Shown here one piece after another: positions 51,740 through 64,000 of a stretch of DNA of 64,000 nt. A program made the position numbers and the translations under genes. The notes under the pieces are model-generated. The model searched no databases and was not told the origin of the DNA. It saw only the letters and a list, made by a program, of their open reading frames with translations. The DNA lies in contig JAWMAR010000471.1 in assembly GCA_036785375.1 (NCBI GenBank), forward strand, positions 1,240,001 through 1,304,000, in the 5' to 3' direction. The stretch is from Leucoraja ocellata (taxonomy: Eukaryota). Numbering within the stretch: position 1 is the first letter of the stretch; every line of letters begins with the position of its first letter.

Positions 51740-52670
51740 GATTTTGTGAATTACATCAATTATTTATATGGGAATGTCAGACATAATCTGCAGGTTTGCA
51801 GATAACGCTAAGGTGTGTGCTATCGTGCATAGAGAACATGATTGGAAAAACGTGCAGCAGGCTCTCGGTCAGTTTTGCAAGGCCGCTGAGCAATACTTAA
51901 TGGAGTTTGATGCAGATAAGTGCAAGATGCATTTTTGGAGTCAACCCAGGGCTGGACCTTCGCAGTGAACGTCAGGGCCCTGGGAATAGTTGTAGAACGC
52001 ATGGATCAAGTCGTGCAGGACACGTAGCACATTGCGCATGGTATGAAGGGTATATGGGAAGGGCAAGAAGTGTTGTGGTGTATTGGCCTTCAACTTCCAG
52101 GGTACAATCGAAGTTGTGATTGCATCTTACATTTCAACAAGACCTCAGCGGGGCCGCATTTGGACGATTGTTTCAGTTTTGGCCACGCTCCTAAAGGAAT
52201 GGCTCAGCAGGGATAAGTGCACGCAGATGATTTTCGAGGACGTTGGCCGGTCCTGAGCTCCTAGGCTACATAGAGATGTTGGGCAGGCTAGTATTTATTC
52301 CTAAGAACGCAGGAGTCCGAGAGACGCTGTTCTGGGCGTACAATAGCTTCGGGGGACTAGATGGGTCGAATGCGCAGAACCCTTTATCCAGAGCAACAGT
52401 ATCAAGAACGAGACGACAAAGGTTAAAGATGAGAGGAAAAACATTTATTCGGAACCGTAGGTTCAACGTTTTTACACAGATGGTGTTGGGTTTAGGGAAC
52501 AAAACGCCACGGGACGTAAATGTGGCAGGTGCTACAACAGAATGTAAAGGATATTTTGACGGGTACATGGATATGACTGGTTTAGGGGGAAATTGGATAA
52601 AAGGGGTACGAGGCATTTTTTCCGCATGGGCAAGTTGGGTGGAATTATGTTTCTATGCTGTGTGATTCTA
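51740..52670 (+). mobile_element. Old degenerate CR1-like LINE 3' part
   Basis: RFADNAK, MEFDADKC, TRRQRLK...FTQMV remnants. Confidence 0.7.
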
Positions 52671-52859
52671 TGAGTCTGCGACTAATCGTTTTTTTACTTC
52701 AGTTGTTATCTAGCGGGATACATTCGACAAATTAGCAGAATTCTGTCTGTGTTTCTCTATTATTCCCTTCAGTCTTCGATGACTGAGTCAAAGGGCACCA
52801 GTTGAACTCTTGGTCTACATAGGTGTCATGAATAAAACCCGATCAATGAACTCAAGTCT

Positions 52860-53186
52860 NNNNNNNNNNNNNNNNNNNNNNNNNNNNNNNNNNNNNNNNN
52901 NNNNNNNNNNNNNNNNNNNNNNNNNNNNNNNNNNNNNNNNNNNNNNNNNNNNNNNNNNNNNNNNNNNNNNNNNNNNNNNNNNNNNNNNNNNNNNNNNNNN
53001 NNNNNNNNNNNNNNNNNNNNNNNNNNNNNNNNNNNNNNNNNNNNNNNNNNNNNNNNNNNNNNNNNNNNNNNNNNNNNNNNNNNNNNNNNNNNNNNNNNNN
53101 NNNNNNNNNNNNNNNNNNNNNNNNNNNNNNNNNNNNNNNNNNNNNNNNNNNNNNNNNNNNNNNNNNNNNNNNNNNNNNNNNNNNNN
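52860..53186. other. assembly gap
   Basis: run of N. Confidence 1.
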
Positions 53187-53916
53187 GCGCGCGTGTGTAC
53201 GTACGTGTGAGCGCGCGCGCGTGCGTGCGCGAGTGGATGTGTGCGTGTGTGTATGTGTGCGTGTATGTGCTGCGCGTGACACTGGTTGTGGATATATCTA
53301 CGATGGCACGGGAGCGAGGTTGGTGACAGAGGAAGCTCCAGTATCATCCAACACAATCGCCTCACTCATTTAAATCTGTTTTCTCGCTGAACGCTTCTCA
53401 CTATTTCTGCAATTAGTCACCTTCCTCATCGCTTTACCTTTTGTACTGGTATTAGGCTTTATTCTATTCCTGATTGGTATTATATCAGCAGATTGTATAG
53501 CACACTTCACTGTAATATTTTATTATACACGGCAGTTCTCCGTCCGTGCCCTGCGATCCGCTCTGGCTGCGACGCGCCGGCACCGGCAGGACCCCACTTT
53601 AACTCCCACTCACTAACACCTGCAACGAACCCCAACTATACTTAATCCAACGGCAGATCTACACCTTCAACAGATTCCTTGCCCACTCCTGTCTCACTAT
53701 ACCTGTGGGAGATTGCAACCTTCGCATGTTCCACACTGTTTCAACAAATGCAGCGAGCATATAAGAATATAAGCAGCAGAGTGTGACTGTAACTACTGGG
53801 TATTTCAGGCCATTGGCTTAAAGGAAAGGTATGACACCACTAAAAACTAATTGCAAGAAAATTCGTGAAGACGGGAAAACGGCAACTAAGTTGGTCCAGT
53901 CTGGCACAGATCCTTT

Positions 53917-54839
53917 TTACAAACATGCCCTCGACGTCAAACATTTGCGGACAACACTCAAAGGGTATTGAACCGCAAACGTCAACATCTCCCTGAATTT
54001 GGACTGCGTACCCACATAAATACACGTGTTGATGCAGGAACTAAGAATCTCCAACATGTACCCGCTTTCCTGGAGGATAAACTGCGGATTATTGGAATTG
54101 GAACCGCTGACGTAATTGTTGCCGGAAATTTGTACGAATAAGAAATTGACAATATACGTCAAACGCAACACGATAAAACTGCCCGAGATGGCCATGAGTA
54201 AAATTATGGACTTTCTTCTGCTCTCCATCTCCGAGTCGCTCTGTTTGTCGCTGTTGCTCTGGGCTCGGAGTCTGCTGCGTGCTTTACTGGCCACGAGAAT
54301 GTATCTAACGGTAAGAAAATTGAGCAGCAAAATTAGGACGAAGGGGAGACATGGGTTTAACATGAGATGGAGCCACTCGTAAAATCTCCAAGCAGCTAGA
54401 CTATAAAATATTTCCTTCAGGTTGCAATACCAAGCGACGTTATTGATGATATACATAGGCTCGTATGCGAAGAAAAGAGGAATGTTCTTCAAACAGTCGA
54501 GAATCCAGATGGTTGCTATAACGGCTGCCGCTGTTTTCTCGGTGCAGTACCTCAACTTCAGTTTCTGGCAGCATATCGCGATGAATCGATCAAAGGTGAA
54601 CGCAACCGTCAACCAGGCGGAAGCGTCTTTGGAAATCCAACTGAGCACTATAATTAGACTGCAGGCCGGGGTGGTGGAGAGAATGCTGCCCGAGAAATAA
54701 ATGGCCCGAAGACGGCTGAGTATCACAGCGGTAACAATGACCAGAACATCCGCCACCGCCATGAACAACAGGTAGCGAGTGATACACTTCGAGAGGCCGC
54801 GCATTCCATGCGACAGAATCACAATTGTCGTCAGGTTCG
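53917..54839 (-). CDS. GPCR-3 exon 2 (class A 7TM, GPR139/GPR142-like family)
   Basis: Acceptor ccttctttattgcag, phase 1. ANLTTIVILS...MAVADV, VAFTFDRF, LNPCLPF, SRRKSIILL, SSCINTCIY; spliced product 330 aa. The N-terminus given in the ORF track is CR1 tail sequence. Confidence 0.93.
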
Positions 54840-54868
54840 CTGCAATAAAGAAGGGAGACTTCGGGTGA

Positions 54869-55962
54869 ACATAGAAACATAGCAAATAGGTGCAGGAGTA
54901 GGCCATTCGGCCCTTCGAGCCTGCACCGCCATTCAATATGATCATGGCTGGTCATCCAACTCAGTATCCTGTACCTGCCTTCTCTCCTGATCCCTTTAGC
55001 CACAAGGGCCACATCTAACTCCCTCTTCAATATAGCCAATATTGTAGCCTCAACTACCTTCTGTGGTATAGAATTCCACAGATTCACCACTCTCTGTGTG
55101 CAAAAAATGTTTTTCTCATCTCGGTCCTAAAAGATTTCCCCCTTATCCTTAAACTGTGACCCCTTGTTCTGAACGTCCCCAATATCGGGTACAATCTTCC
55201 TGTATCTAGCCTGTCCAACCCCTTAAAAATTTTGTAAGTTTCTATAATATCCCCCCTTAATCTTCTAAATTCTAGCGAGTACAAGCCGAGTCTATCCAGT
55301 CTATCTTCATATGAAAGTCCTGATATCCCATGAATCAGTCTGGCGAACCTTCTCTGTACTCCCTCTATGGCAATAATGTCCTGCCTCAGATTTGGAGACC
55401 AAAACTGTACGCAATACTCCAGGTGTGGGCTCACCAAGACCCTGTACAACTGCAGTAGAACCTCCCTGCTCCTATACTCAAATCCTTGTGCTATGAAAGC
55501 TAACATACCATTCGCTTTCTTCACTGCCTGCTGCACCTGCATGCCTACTTTCAATGACTGGTGTACCATGACACCCAGGTCTCGTTGCATTTCCCCTTTT
55601 CCTAGTCGGCCACCCTTTGGATAATAGTCTGCTTTCCTGTTTTTGCCACCAAAATGGATAACCTCACATTTGTCCACATAGGCACGTATGCGAAGTAAAT
55701 AGTCTATCTTCATATGAAAGTCCTGATATTCCATGAATCAGTCTGGTGCACCTTCTCTGGACTCCCTCTATGGCAAGAATGTCTTTCCTCATTAGGGCCA
55801 TTTAATCCACACTAGAAGCAAGGGGGAGTTCCCGACCTAGTCCTTGGCCCCGACATCGGGAACAATCTTCCTGCATCTAGCCTGTCCAACCCCTTAAGAA
55901 TTTTGTAAGTTTTTATAAGATCCCCCCTCAATCTTCTAAATTCTAGCGAGTACGAGCCGAGT
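54869..55962 (-). mobile_element. CR1 3' fragments in the GPCR-3 intron
   Basis: ORF 55084-55734; tail ends about 28 nt from the splice acceptor. Confidence 0.9.
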
Positions 55963-56477
55963 AAATAGTAATCAGCCGACAACTGTGCCAACTAACCCTA
56001 CAACATACCTGTATTTAATGCATGTACATTATCCGGCGCTTGAAATCTATCATATCACCTGTTTCGCATTCGCAGTCTAAAGAAGGTTCTCGATCCGAAA
56101 CGTCACCCACCGATTCCTGTTCTTCAGAGCAGCAATCGGACCGCCTGAGTTACTCAGGCATTTCTGTCTATCCTCGCCTTCGTACTAAATCGCTTTCCAC
56201 GCATATAATGTGCGTGTAGTTTCTCAGAAACAATAAATCAATTTGCTCTTCAAACTGGCAATCAACATTGGCAAGTATGCCATTCTACAATGCGGTGCCC
56301 CAGAATTAAGTTGGTTTGCAGAGCAGTGAGGAGCTAAAAGGGTTTAGACCACAGAACAACTGCCATAGCTGAACAAGCTACGTGGAAAAGTATTCAGCAA
56401 ACAATATATAGATACCGGGACGCAAGCACAAGCCTCCACATGGTGCATCTCGGGCAATGCTAATGACAGGAACTGTA

Positions 56478-58775
56478 TAGTATAATGTGGATAAATGTGT
56501 GGTTATCCACTTTGGTGGCAAAAACAGGAAAGTAGATTATTATCTGAATGGTGGCCGATTAGGAAAGGGGGAGATGCAACGAGACCTGGGTGTCATGGTA
56601 CACCAGTCATTAAAAGTAGGCATGCAGGTGCAACAGGCAGTGAAGAAGGCGAATGGTATGTTAGCATTCATAGCAAAATGATTTGAGTATAGGAGCAAGG
56701 AGGTTCTACTGCAGTTGTACAGGGTCTTGGTGAGACCACACCTGGGGTATTGCGTACAGTTTTGGTCTCCAAATCTGAGGAAGGACATTATTGCCATAGA
56801 GGGAGTACAGAGAAGGTTCACCAGACTGATTCCTGGGATGTCAGGACTTTCACGTGAAGAAAGGCTGGATAGCCTCGGTTTGTACTCGCTAGAATTTAGA
56901 AGATTGAGGGGGGATCTTATAGAAACTTACGAAATTCTTAAGGGGTTGGACAGGCTAGATGCAGGAAATTGTTCCCGATGTTGGGGAAGTCCAGAACAAG
57001 AGGTCACAGTTTAAGGATAAGGGGGAAAGGCGTGATATAGAACATGTCCGGACACGAGAAAGCAGAAGATATAGATACCGATTACATGTCCTTACCATCT
57101 GAAGCAACACCGTGGATATCAGACGCTTCACCGCAATGATTCGTTAATGAGGTACAAAGGCAAACAACAATGAACATTTTCCAAAAAAACAGAGGGAGAG
57201 TCAACGATTGGCGAAGAAGGGGAAACAATTCACACCCAAGGACAGCGCGCGGTCAACTCTCGCAACAAGCATACGCCAGCTGAATAACTCATTCGGAAAG
57301 CAGCAGAAAACGGGTAAATCCTGGGGAAATGTGACAATTCAAAGTATTCAGGGCTTCATCTGTAGGAAGTTGCAGCTGGTTTATACCGAAGAGAGACACA
57401 TGATGCAGTAGGAACTCAGCGGACCAGGGAACATCTCTGCATGAGGATGTTTAAGGATAAGGGGGGAAATCTTTTAGGACTGAGATGAGAAAAATATTTT
57501 TTACACAGAGAGTGGTGAATCTGTGGAATTCTCTGCCACAGAATGTAGTTGAGGCCACAGTTCATTGGCTGTATTTAAGAGGGAGCTAGGCGTGGCCCTT
57601 GTGGCTAAAGGGATCAGGGGGGGTATGGAGAGAAGGCAGGTACAGGATACTGAGTTGGATGATCAACCATTATCATAATGAATGGCGGTGCAGGTTCGAA
57701 TGGCCGAATGGCCTACTCCTGCACCTATTTTCTATGTTTCTATGTTTCTATGAAAGGAATAGGCGACATTTCGGGTCGGAGCCCTTCTTCAAACTGTTTT
57801 TCTTTTACACGGCAATGTGGCTGAACAAGGGTTCCGGCCTGTAACATGGAAAACGTGCAAACTCCACACAGACATCGCGCATAATCAGGATCGATTCCGG
57901 GTGTTTGGCGCCATAAGGCGGCAACTCTCCGCTGCTGTGCCACCCCAGATAACCAAATAATTTATCTGGTTATGATATACGGCAGCGGTAATTTGTAACA
58001 CCCCCTGGAAAGTAGATATAGTTACCGTTGGCTTTGATATCAGCATCGAACAGCACGCAAAGAAATAAGAGAAATACCGCGGTATCCTGAGCGCCGACAA
58101 CGTTAAGCAGAAACAAGAGATAAACAAATAATTAAAAATAGTGGAGGCAGGGGATTTGGGGAGAAGGCAGGAACGGGGTACTGATTGTGGATAATCGGCC
58201 ATCATCACATTGAATGGCGATGCTGGCTCGAAAGGCCGAATGGCCTCTACTCCTGCACCTATTGCACCAGACTGATTCCTGGGATGTCAGGACTTTCATA
58301 TGAAGAAAGACTGCATAGACTCGGTTTATACTCGCTAGAATTTAGAAGATTGAGGGGGGGGGGGGGGGGGATCTTATAGAAACTTACAAAATTCTTAAGG
58401 GGTTGGACAGGCTAGATGCAGGAAGATTGTTCCCGATGTTGGGGAAGTCCAGAACAAGGGGTCATAGTTTAAGGATAAGGGGGAAAATCTGTTAGGGCCG
58501 AGATGAGGAAAACTTTTTTCACACAGAGAGTGGTGAATCTGTGGAATTCTCTGCCGCAGAAGGTAGTTGAGGCCAGTTCATTGGCTATATTTAAGAGGGG
58601 GTTAGATGTGGCCCTTGTGGCTAAAGGGATCAGGGGGTATGGAGAGAAGGCAGGAACAGGATACCGAGTTGGATGATCAGCCATGATCATATTGAATGGC
58701 GGTGCAGGCTCGAAGGGCCGAATAGCTACTCCTGTACCTATTTTCTATGTTTCTATGTTTCTATTGTCTATCGTC
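56478..58775 (+). mobile_element. Several CR1 fragments (56478-57030, 57450-57752, 58140-58775) with a SINE piece at ~57845-57945
   Basis: ORF2 C-terminal peptides and tails. Confidence 0.85.
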
Positions 58776-59662
58776 TAAAGGCGATAGACAAGCACGGGAG
58801 GGTAAATAAGCATCGAATCTGTAGATAAGAAGGTCCACGAAAATGATAACTCGGCAATGATTCAGTACCCTCAATGGCATGATACATTTACCGCCAATAT
58901 ATTATAACAACATTCCAAATAATTGCACGAGGCAGCGGCTCAGGTAACATCTGCAGAGAGAAAAAACACGTTCTTGTTCCGACCGTTCCATATACTCTGA
59001 AGAAAGGTCCCGACCAGAACCGTTCTCTGTCCATTCCCTTCCACAGATGTTTCCCCCGGCCCATTGATATCTTGGTTAAAGCTTCTCCCATATCTGCACT
59101 CTTTGCAGTCCCTAAAATTAAATCAATTTACGTCAGAAAATGCTGCTCCCGGCTTTCATTTGAATCGAAGAAGAAGGGTTTCGGCGCGAAACGTTGCCTA
59201 TTTCCTTCGCTCCATGGATGCTGCTGCACCCGCTGAGTTTCGCCAGCATTTTTGTGTACCTCCGATTTTCCAGCATCTGCAGGTCCTTCTTAAACAAGGA
59301 GGATGGGGCAACAGTCCGGGAAATCGTAAAGTATGTCCATGAGAGGAAAACGAATCATTGAAAGGTTTCAGATCAACAGTTAAAGTGAAAATACCTTGAA
59401 AGCAGAAAGCATAAATTAAATGAGTGTGTCAATGATACACAGAGAGCAAGTGTCAAATTTCCTTGAGACCGGTCACGTTACTCAAGCCGGATTTTAGGCG
59501 AATAAATCAATGAACAAGCTGGGGAGAATCCTAGCACAGGAGCGGTAGCACCGCAAGGAATCTGGAAAGAAAACATTAACACAGAAAAAAATTGTAATCG
59601 TCAACTCAGCGCGGAGGGGTCTCTAACGTACACTACGCACGTTTAGCACTTCAAACGTCTAC

Positions 59663-59732
59663 CTGGAACTCCGAAGGCTGCAAGAACTGAATAATAGATG
59701 GCAAAGACCAGGCCATTTCCGGGTGCGTGCAT
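59663..59732 (-). CDS. GPCR-3 exon 1
   Basis: Reverse strand MHAPGNGLVFAIYYSVLAAFGVP then G|GTAGAC; 70 nt, phase 1. Confidence 0.9.
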
Positions 59733-59936
59733 TCTCCCTGATATGCTCGCAGGCCACAGGTGTATGCCGAGCACGAGAGCACATCTATTTATACCAGGGT
59801 TTAACGGTAATTAGGTTGCACCGTCATGGTCGTTAGTTACAGTCTCATGAACAAACAAGTAAAAGGACGCATTTTTACGTTTATATTAATTAATATAAGG
59901 CACGGAAAGTAGTGAGACCACAGTTTACAGTTGAAT

Positions 59937-60962
59937 CGAGATGAGAAGAACTTTTTTCACACAGAGAGTGGTGAATCTCTGGAACTCTCTGCCACAGAGG
60001 GTAGTTGACGCCAGTTCATTGGCTATATTTAAGAGGGAGTTAGATGTGGCCCTTGTGGCTAAGGGGATCAGGGGGTATGGAGAGAAGGCAGGTACGGGAT
60101 ACTGAGTTGGATGATCAGCCATGATCATATTGAATGGCGGTGCAGGCTCGAAGGGCCGAATGGCCTAGTCCTGCACCTAATTTCTATGTTTCTATGTTTC
60201 TAATCCAGTGCACGGTTTAAATCCAGGTCATCTGAAGAGCGCTTAACGGAACGGTCCATATCGCTAGCCTACGGTAAAAGACATTCAAAACGCCTTGAAT
60301 GTAGTCTGAAATACCTGGGATTAAACGAAAATGTTAACATCAAATGGGTTAATGTACTGAATGCATTGTTTTTAGTCAGAAAGCGACGGTATAAAATGGT
60401 CCCACAAAAATCTACATTGAGAATACTGTTTTGCTCAATTGACGAAGAGACCATGGTTGTTTAGGAGACTTCTACAAATGTAAGCATAGCTCGATTTCCT
60501 TGAATTGCTGTAATTTGTAAAACGCATTGGATTGGATGAAGAGGCGATCGCTGGAATTTAGAAGATTGAGGGGGATCTTATAGAAGCGTACAAAATTATT
60601 CAGGGGTTGGGCAGGCTAGATGCAGGAAGACTGTTCCCCATGTTGGGGAAGTCCAGAACAAGGGGTCACACGATTTAAGGACAAGGGGGAAATCTTTTAG
60701 GACTGAGATGAGAAAAACATTTTTCACACAGCGAGTGCTGAATCTCTGGAATTCTCTGCCACAGTTGAGGCCACAGTTCATTGGCTATATTTAAGAGGGA
60801 GTTAGATGTGGCCCTTGTGGCTAAGGGGATCAGGGGGTATGGAGACAAAACAGGTGCAGGATACTGAGTTGGATGATCGGCCATGATCATATTGAATGGA
60901 GGGGCAGGCTCGAAGGGCCGAATGGCCTCTACTCCTGCACCTATTTTCTATGTTTCTATGTT
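59937..60962 (+). mobile_element. Two CR1 3' fragments (59937-60202; 60551-60962)
   Basis: 3' ends and tails. Confidence 0.88.
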
Positions 60963-61377
60963 AAACAGCCCGATGGATCAGGAGACAAATTGACGGCGAT
61001 TTTTAATTATCGTGTTGTAAATCATTAGTCATAGGGTCATGCATCACAGAAACGAGCATGTTGGCCAAAATTGGCCATGCCGCCCAAGCAGCTCAATCTA
61101 AGCTAGTTCTGAATCACCCGTACAATCCCACATTGACTGTCTATAATTAGCAGGAATGTGAAAGGAACTGCAGGTGCTGGTTTAAACCGAAGATACGCGC
61201 AAAAAGCTGGAGTAACTCAGCGGGACAGGCAGCATATCTGGACTGAAGGACTGAAGAGGGTCTCGACCCGAAACGTCACCCATTCCTTATCTCCAGCCAT
61301 GCAGTATAAACTATTCAGCCTAAATTCACAACAGAATATGTAAACATAATACATAACGGGAGAAAGCAAAAAAGATG

Positions 61378-61431
61378 CAGTGAGTGTACATACACATGCA
61401 CACATACTCAATAAATAAACACATATACTAC

Positions 61432-61516
<85 letters not shown>

Positions 61517-61590
61517 GATTCAGTGAGTGTACATACACATGCACGCATACTCAATAAATAAACACATATACTGCAATAATAATAATAATA
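61378..61590. repeat. (AAT)n microsatellite within a ~60-bp direct duplication
   Basis: cagtgagtgtacatacacatgcac...aataaataaacacatatact occurs at 61378 and 61521 around (AAT)n. Confidence 0.9.
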
Positions 61591-62125
61591 GTCTGTTGTA
61601 GTTCAGAGCTTATTTGTCGTTGTGTTTAATAGCCTGATGGCTTTGGGGAAGAAGTGGGGCTCGCCCTAAACTTTAAGGAAAACCTAAAGAAAAAAACTTT
61701 AAGAAAGTTTAATAAAGTTTTTTATCTCACAACACAGACTTCCACATCCACCAAAAAAAATCCTAAAACGTCTAGTGTTCTTAAAGTTTAGGACGAGCCC
61801 CCATTTTGAAGAAGTGGGGCTCCTGCACCTGGGACGTTGCGGTTTTCAGGCTCCTGTCCCTTCTTCGCGATAGCAATGGTGAAATGCGTGAGTGGGCAGG
61901 ATGGCGTGGGTCTTTGATGGGCTCGGCGTTTGCGTTGAGCGTTGCAATTGTAGTGCGTTGCAATTGTTATATTGTAATTGGACCGCAGATTTATTGTTGT
62001 TCCAATAAAAAAAGTGTTTCCCTTTATTTTATATAGTTTGCGTGTTGTTCCCCGTTTATGATGTCAGGCTTTACGGAGAGAGGGCAAAAAAGTGGGGTTG
62101 TGAGGGAAAGATAGATCAGCCATGA

Positions 62126-62626
62126 ATGTCAGGACTTTCATATGAAGAAAGACTGGATAGACTCGGCTTGTACTGGCTAGAATTTAGAAGATTGAGGGGG
62201 GATCTTTTAAAAACTTACACAATTCTTAATGGGTTGGACAGGCCAGATACAGGAAGATTGTTTTCGATGTTGGGGAAGTCCAGAACAAGAAGTCACAGTT
62301 TAAGGATAAGGGGGAAATATTTTAGGACCGAGATGAGAAAAACATTTTTCACACAGAGAGTGGTGAATCTCTCGAATTCTCTGCCACAGAAGGTAGTTGA
62401 GGCCACAGTTCATTGGCTATATTTAAGTGGGAGTTGGATGTGGCCCTTGTGGCTATATTTAACAGGCAGTTGGATGTGGCCCTTGTGGCTAAACTTATCA
62501 GGGGGTATAGAGAGAAGGCAGGTACAGGATACTGAGTTGGATGATCAGCCATGATCATATTGAATGACGGTGCAGGCTCGAAGGGCCGAATGGCCTACAC
62601 CTGCACCTATTTTCTATGTTTCTATG
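62126..62626 (+). mobile_element. CR1 3' fragment
   Basis: ORF2 end with a short internal duplication, and tail. Confidence 0.9.
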
Positions 62627-63229
62627 AATGTCGGAGTAGACTCCATGGGCCGAATTGCCGACTTCTGCTCCTGTAACTGAATCAACATCGATCCGAATAC
62701 TCGAAATATTTCATTGTAACAAAACAATTAATTCGTGTTGTCTACTTCATCCAAATACTGTTTTGGTCACTGGATATAGAGTGTCAGACGGCACGTTGAG
62801 ATGTCAAGTGAATGCCACGATTTATTTTCACCAGCGAGAGCAACAAGTCGTTTGGAATCACGGTGCCTTTCTCTGCGGCCCATGCCAGACTTCTGTAGTC
62901 AAGTCAAGCATTGTCCCGTTTAAAAGCACGGATAGTCTTCTTCTAATCGAGTCCACACACAAGGTTAGAAGTTGTTCAGCCAGAGCTGAACACACTTCTC
63001 GGCATCTGTACACACTGCTGTCTGTCTTGCGCTTCTCCTGTTTCTTGTGCGTGCCTGGTGAAAACAGGGTCAAGCAAAGACCGTGAAGGCTCTTTGCTTG
63101 ACCCCTAGCACGGTAAGTGTAACGGGAAGGAAAACGGATCAGCAACAATCGGGGTATTCCGGCCCATTAATCTGTTGAACAGGAACGACTCCTCACATAA
63201 CATCATGTTAAAGTGAATTAAATACCAAC

Positions 63230-63301
63230 GGGCACGGACGGGATTTGAACCCGCGATCTTCGGTTTACGAGACCGACGCCTTACCACTTGGCCACCGCGC
63301 C
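63230..63301 (-). tRNA. trnT-CGT: tRNA-Thr(CGT)
   Basis: Reverse complement GGCGCGGTGGCCAAGTGGTAAGGCGTCGGTCT-CGT-AAACCGAAGATCGCGGGTTCAAATCCCGTCCGTGCCC; cloverleaf with A and B boxes. Confidence 0.92.
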
Positions 63302-63419
63302 TCGATGACGATGGTGATTTTTCAAAATAGTTTAATTACGAGCTCAGTTGTTTAAAAATAATGCAATCAAAATGTCTTATTTACAGATGCTGATCTAATA
63401 ATTTCACGAATTGTGCAGA

Positions 63420-64000
63420 CATGGAATCTCACGTAGCTAGGGTGGTAAAGAAAGCTTTTGTTGTGCTGGCCTTTATAATTCAGAGCATTGAGTATAGAAG
63501 CTGGGATGTAATGTTAAAATTGTACAAGGCATTGGTGAGGCCAATTCTGGAGTATGGTGTACAATTTTGGTCACCAAATTATAGTAAAGATGTCAACAAA
63601 ATAGAGAGAGCACAGAGGAGATTTACTAGAATGTTGCCTGGGTTTCAGAACCTAAGTTACAAAGAAAGGTTGAACAAGTTAGGTCTTTATTCTCTGGAGC
63701 GCAGAAGGTTAAGGGGGGACTTGATAGAGGTCTTTAAAATTACGGGAGGGATGGACAGAGTTGACGTGGATAAGCTTTTTCCATTGGGAGTAGGGAAGAT
63801 TCAAACAAGAGGAATTGTTCCCGATGTTGGGGAAGTCCCGAAAAAGGGGTCACAGTTTAAGGATAACGGGGAAGTCTTTATGGACCGAGATGAAAACAAA
63901 AACATTTTCACACAGAGAGTGGTGAATATGTGGAATTCTCTGCCACAGAAAGTAGTTGAGGCCGGTGCATTGGCTATATTTAAGAGGGAGTTAGATGTGG
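63420..64000 (+). mobile_element. CR1 fragments of two families, running off the window end
   Basis: ESHVARVVKKAF...RPILEYGVQFW; switches to the second family near 63815. Confidence 0.88.

Noticed and set aside
53284-53335. YIYDGTGARLVTE J-like peptide after ggttgtg
   Set aside because: No nonamer at 12 or 23 nt (upstream is GT microsatellite) and no splice donor
13425-62558. Recurrent 'MIMADHPTQYPVPAF...' ORFs resembling a gene family
   Set aside because: Antisense translation of the CR1 3' end

Overview
Repeat-rich vertebrate DNA. The CR1, SINE and Penelope repeat types and the receptor genes point to a cartilaginous fish, probably a skate or ray (inference). The window is part of a T-cell receptor V-gene array, most like TCR alpha/delta. 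It holds four + strand V segments, each with a 23-bp-spacer recombination signal (RSS), and no J or C segment or convincing D segment. V1 (1122-1427) has no leader exon in the 1.1 kb upstream and has an extra CDR1 cysteine, the hallmarks of a NAR-TCR 'supporting' V-delta. V2 (leader 20256-20301, V 21501-21782) is a pseudogene whose RSS is fused directly onto FR3. V3 (27230-29412) and V4 (35002-37353) are intact paralogues from a segmental duplication. Three intact two-exon class A GPCR genes of the GPR139/GPR142-like type lie among and just downstream of the V genes; their short first exons were found by hand. This GPCR-in-TCR-locus arrangement is the main candidate novel system. The window also contains a tRNA-Thr(CGT), a degenerate tRNA-Ala, a DIRS retrotransposon with intact termini inserted in an L1, about 30 CR1 fragments, SINEs, Harbinger-like MITEs, a Helitron-like element, Penelope-derived hammerhead-like repeats and three assembly gaps. 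Repeat boundaries are approximate; family assignments come from motif recognition, not database searches.
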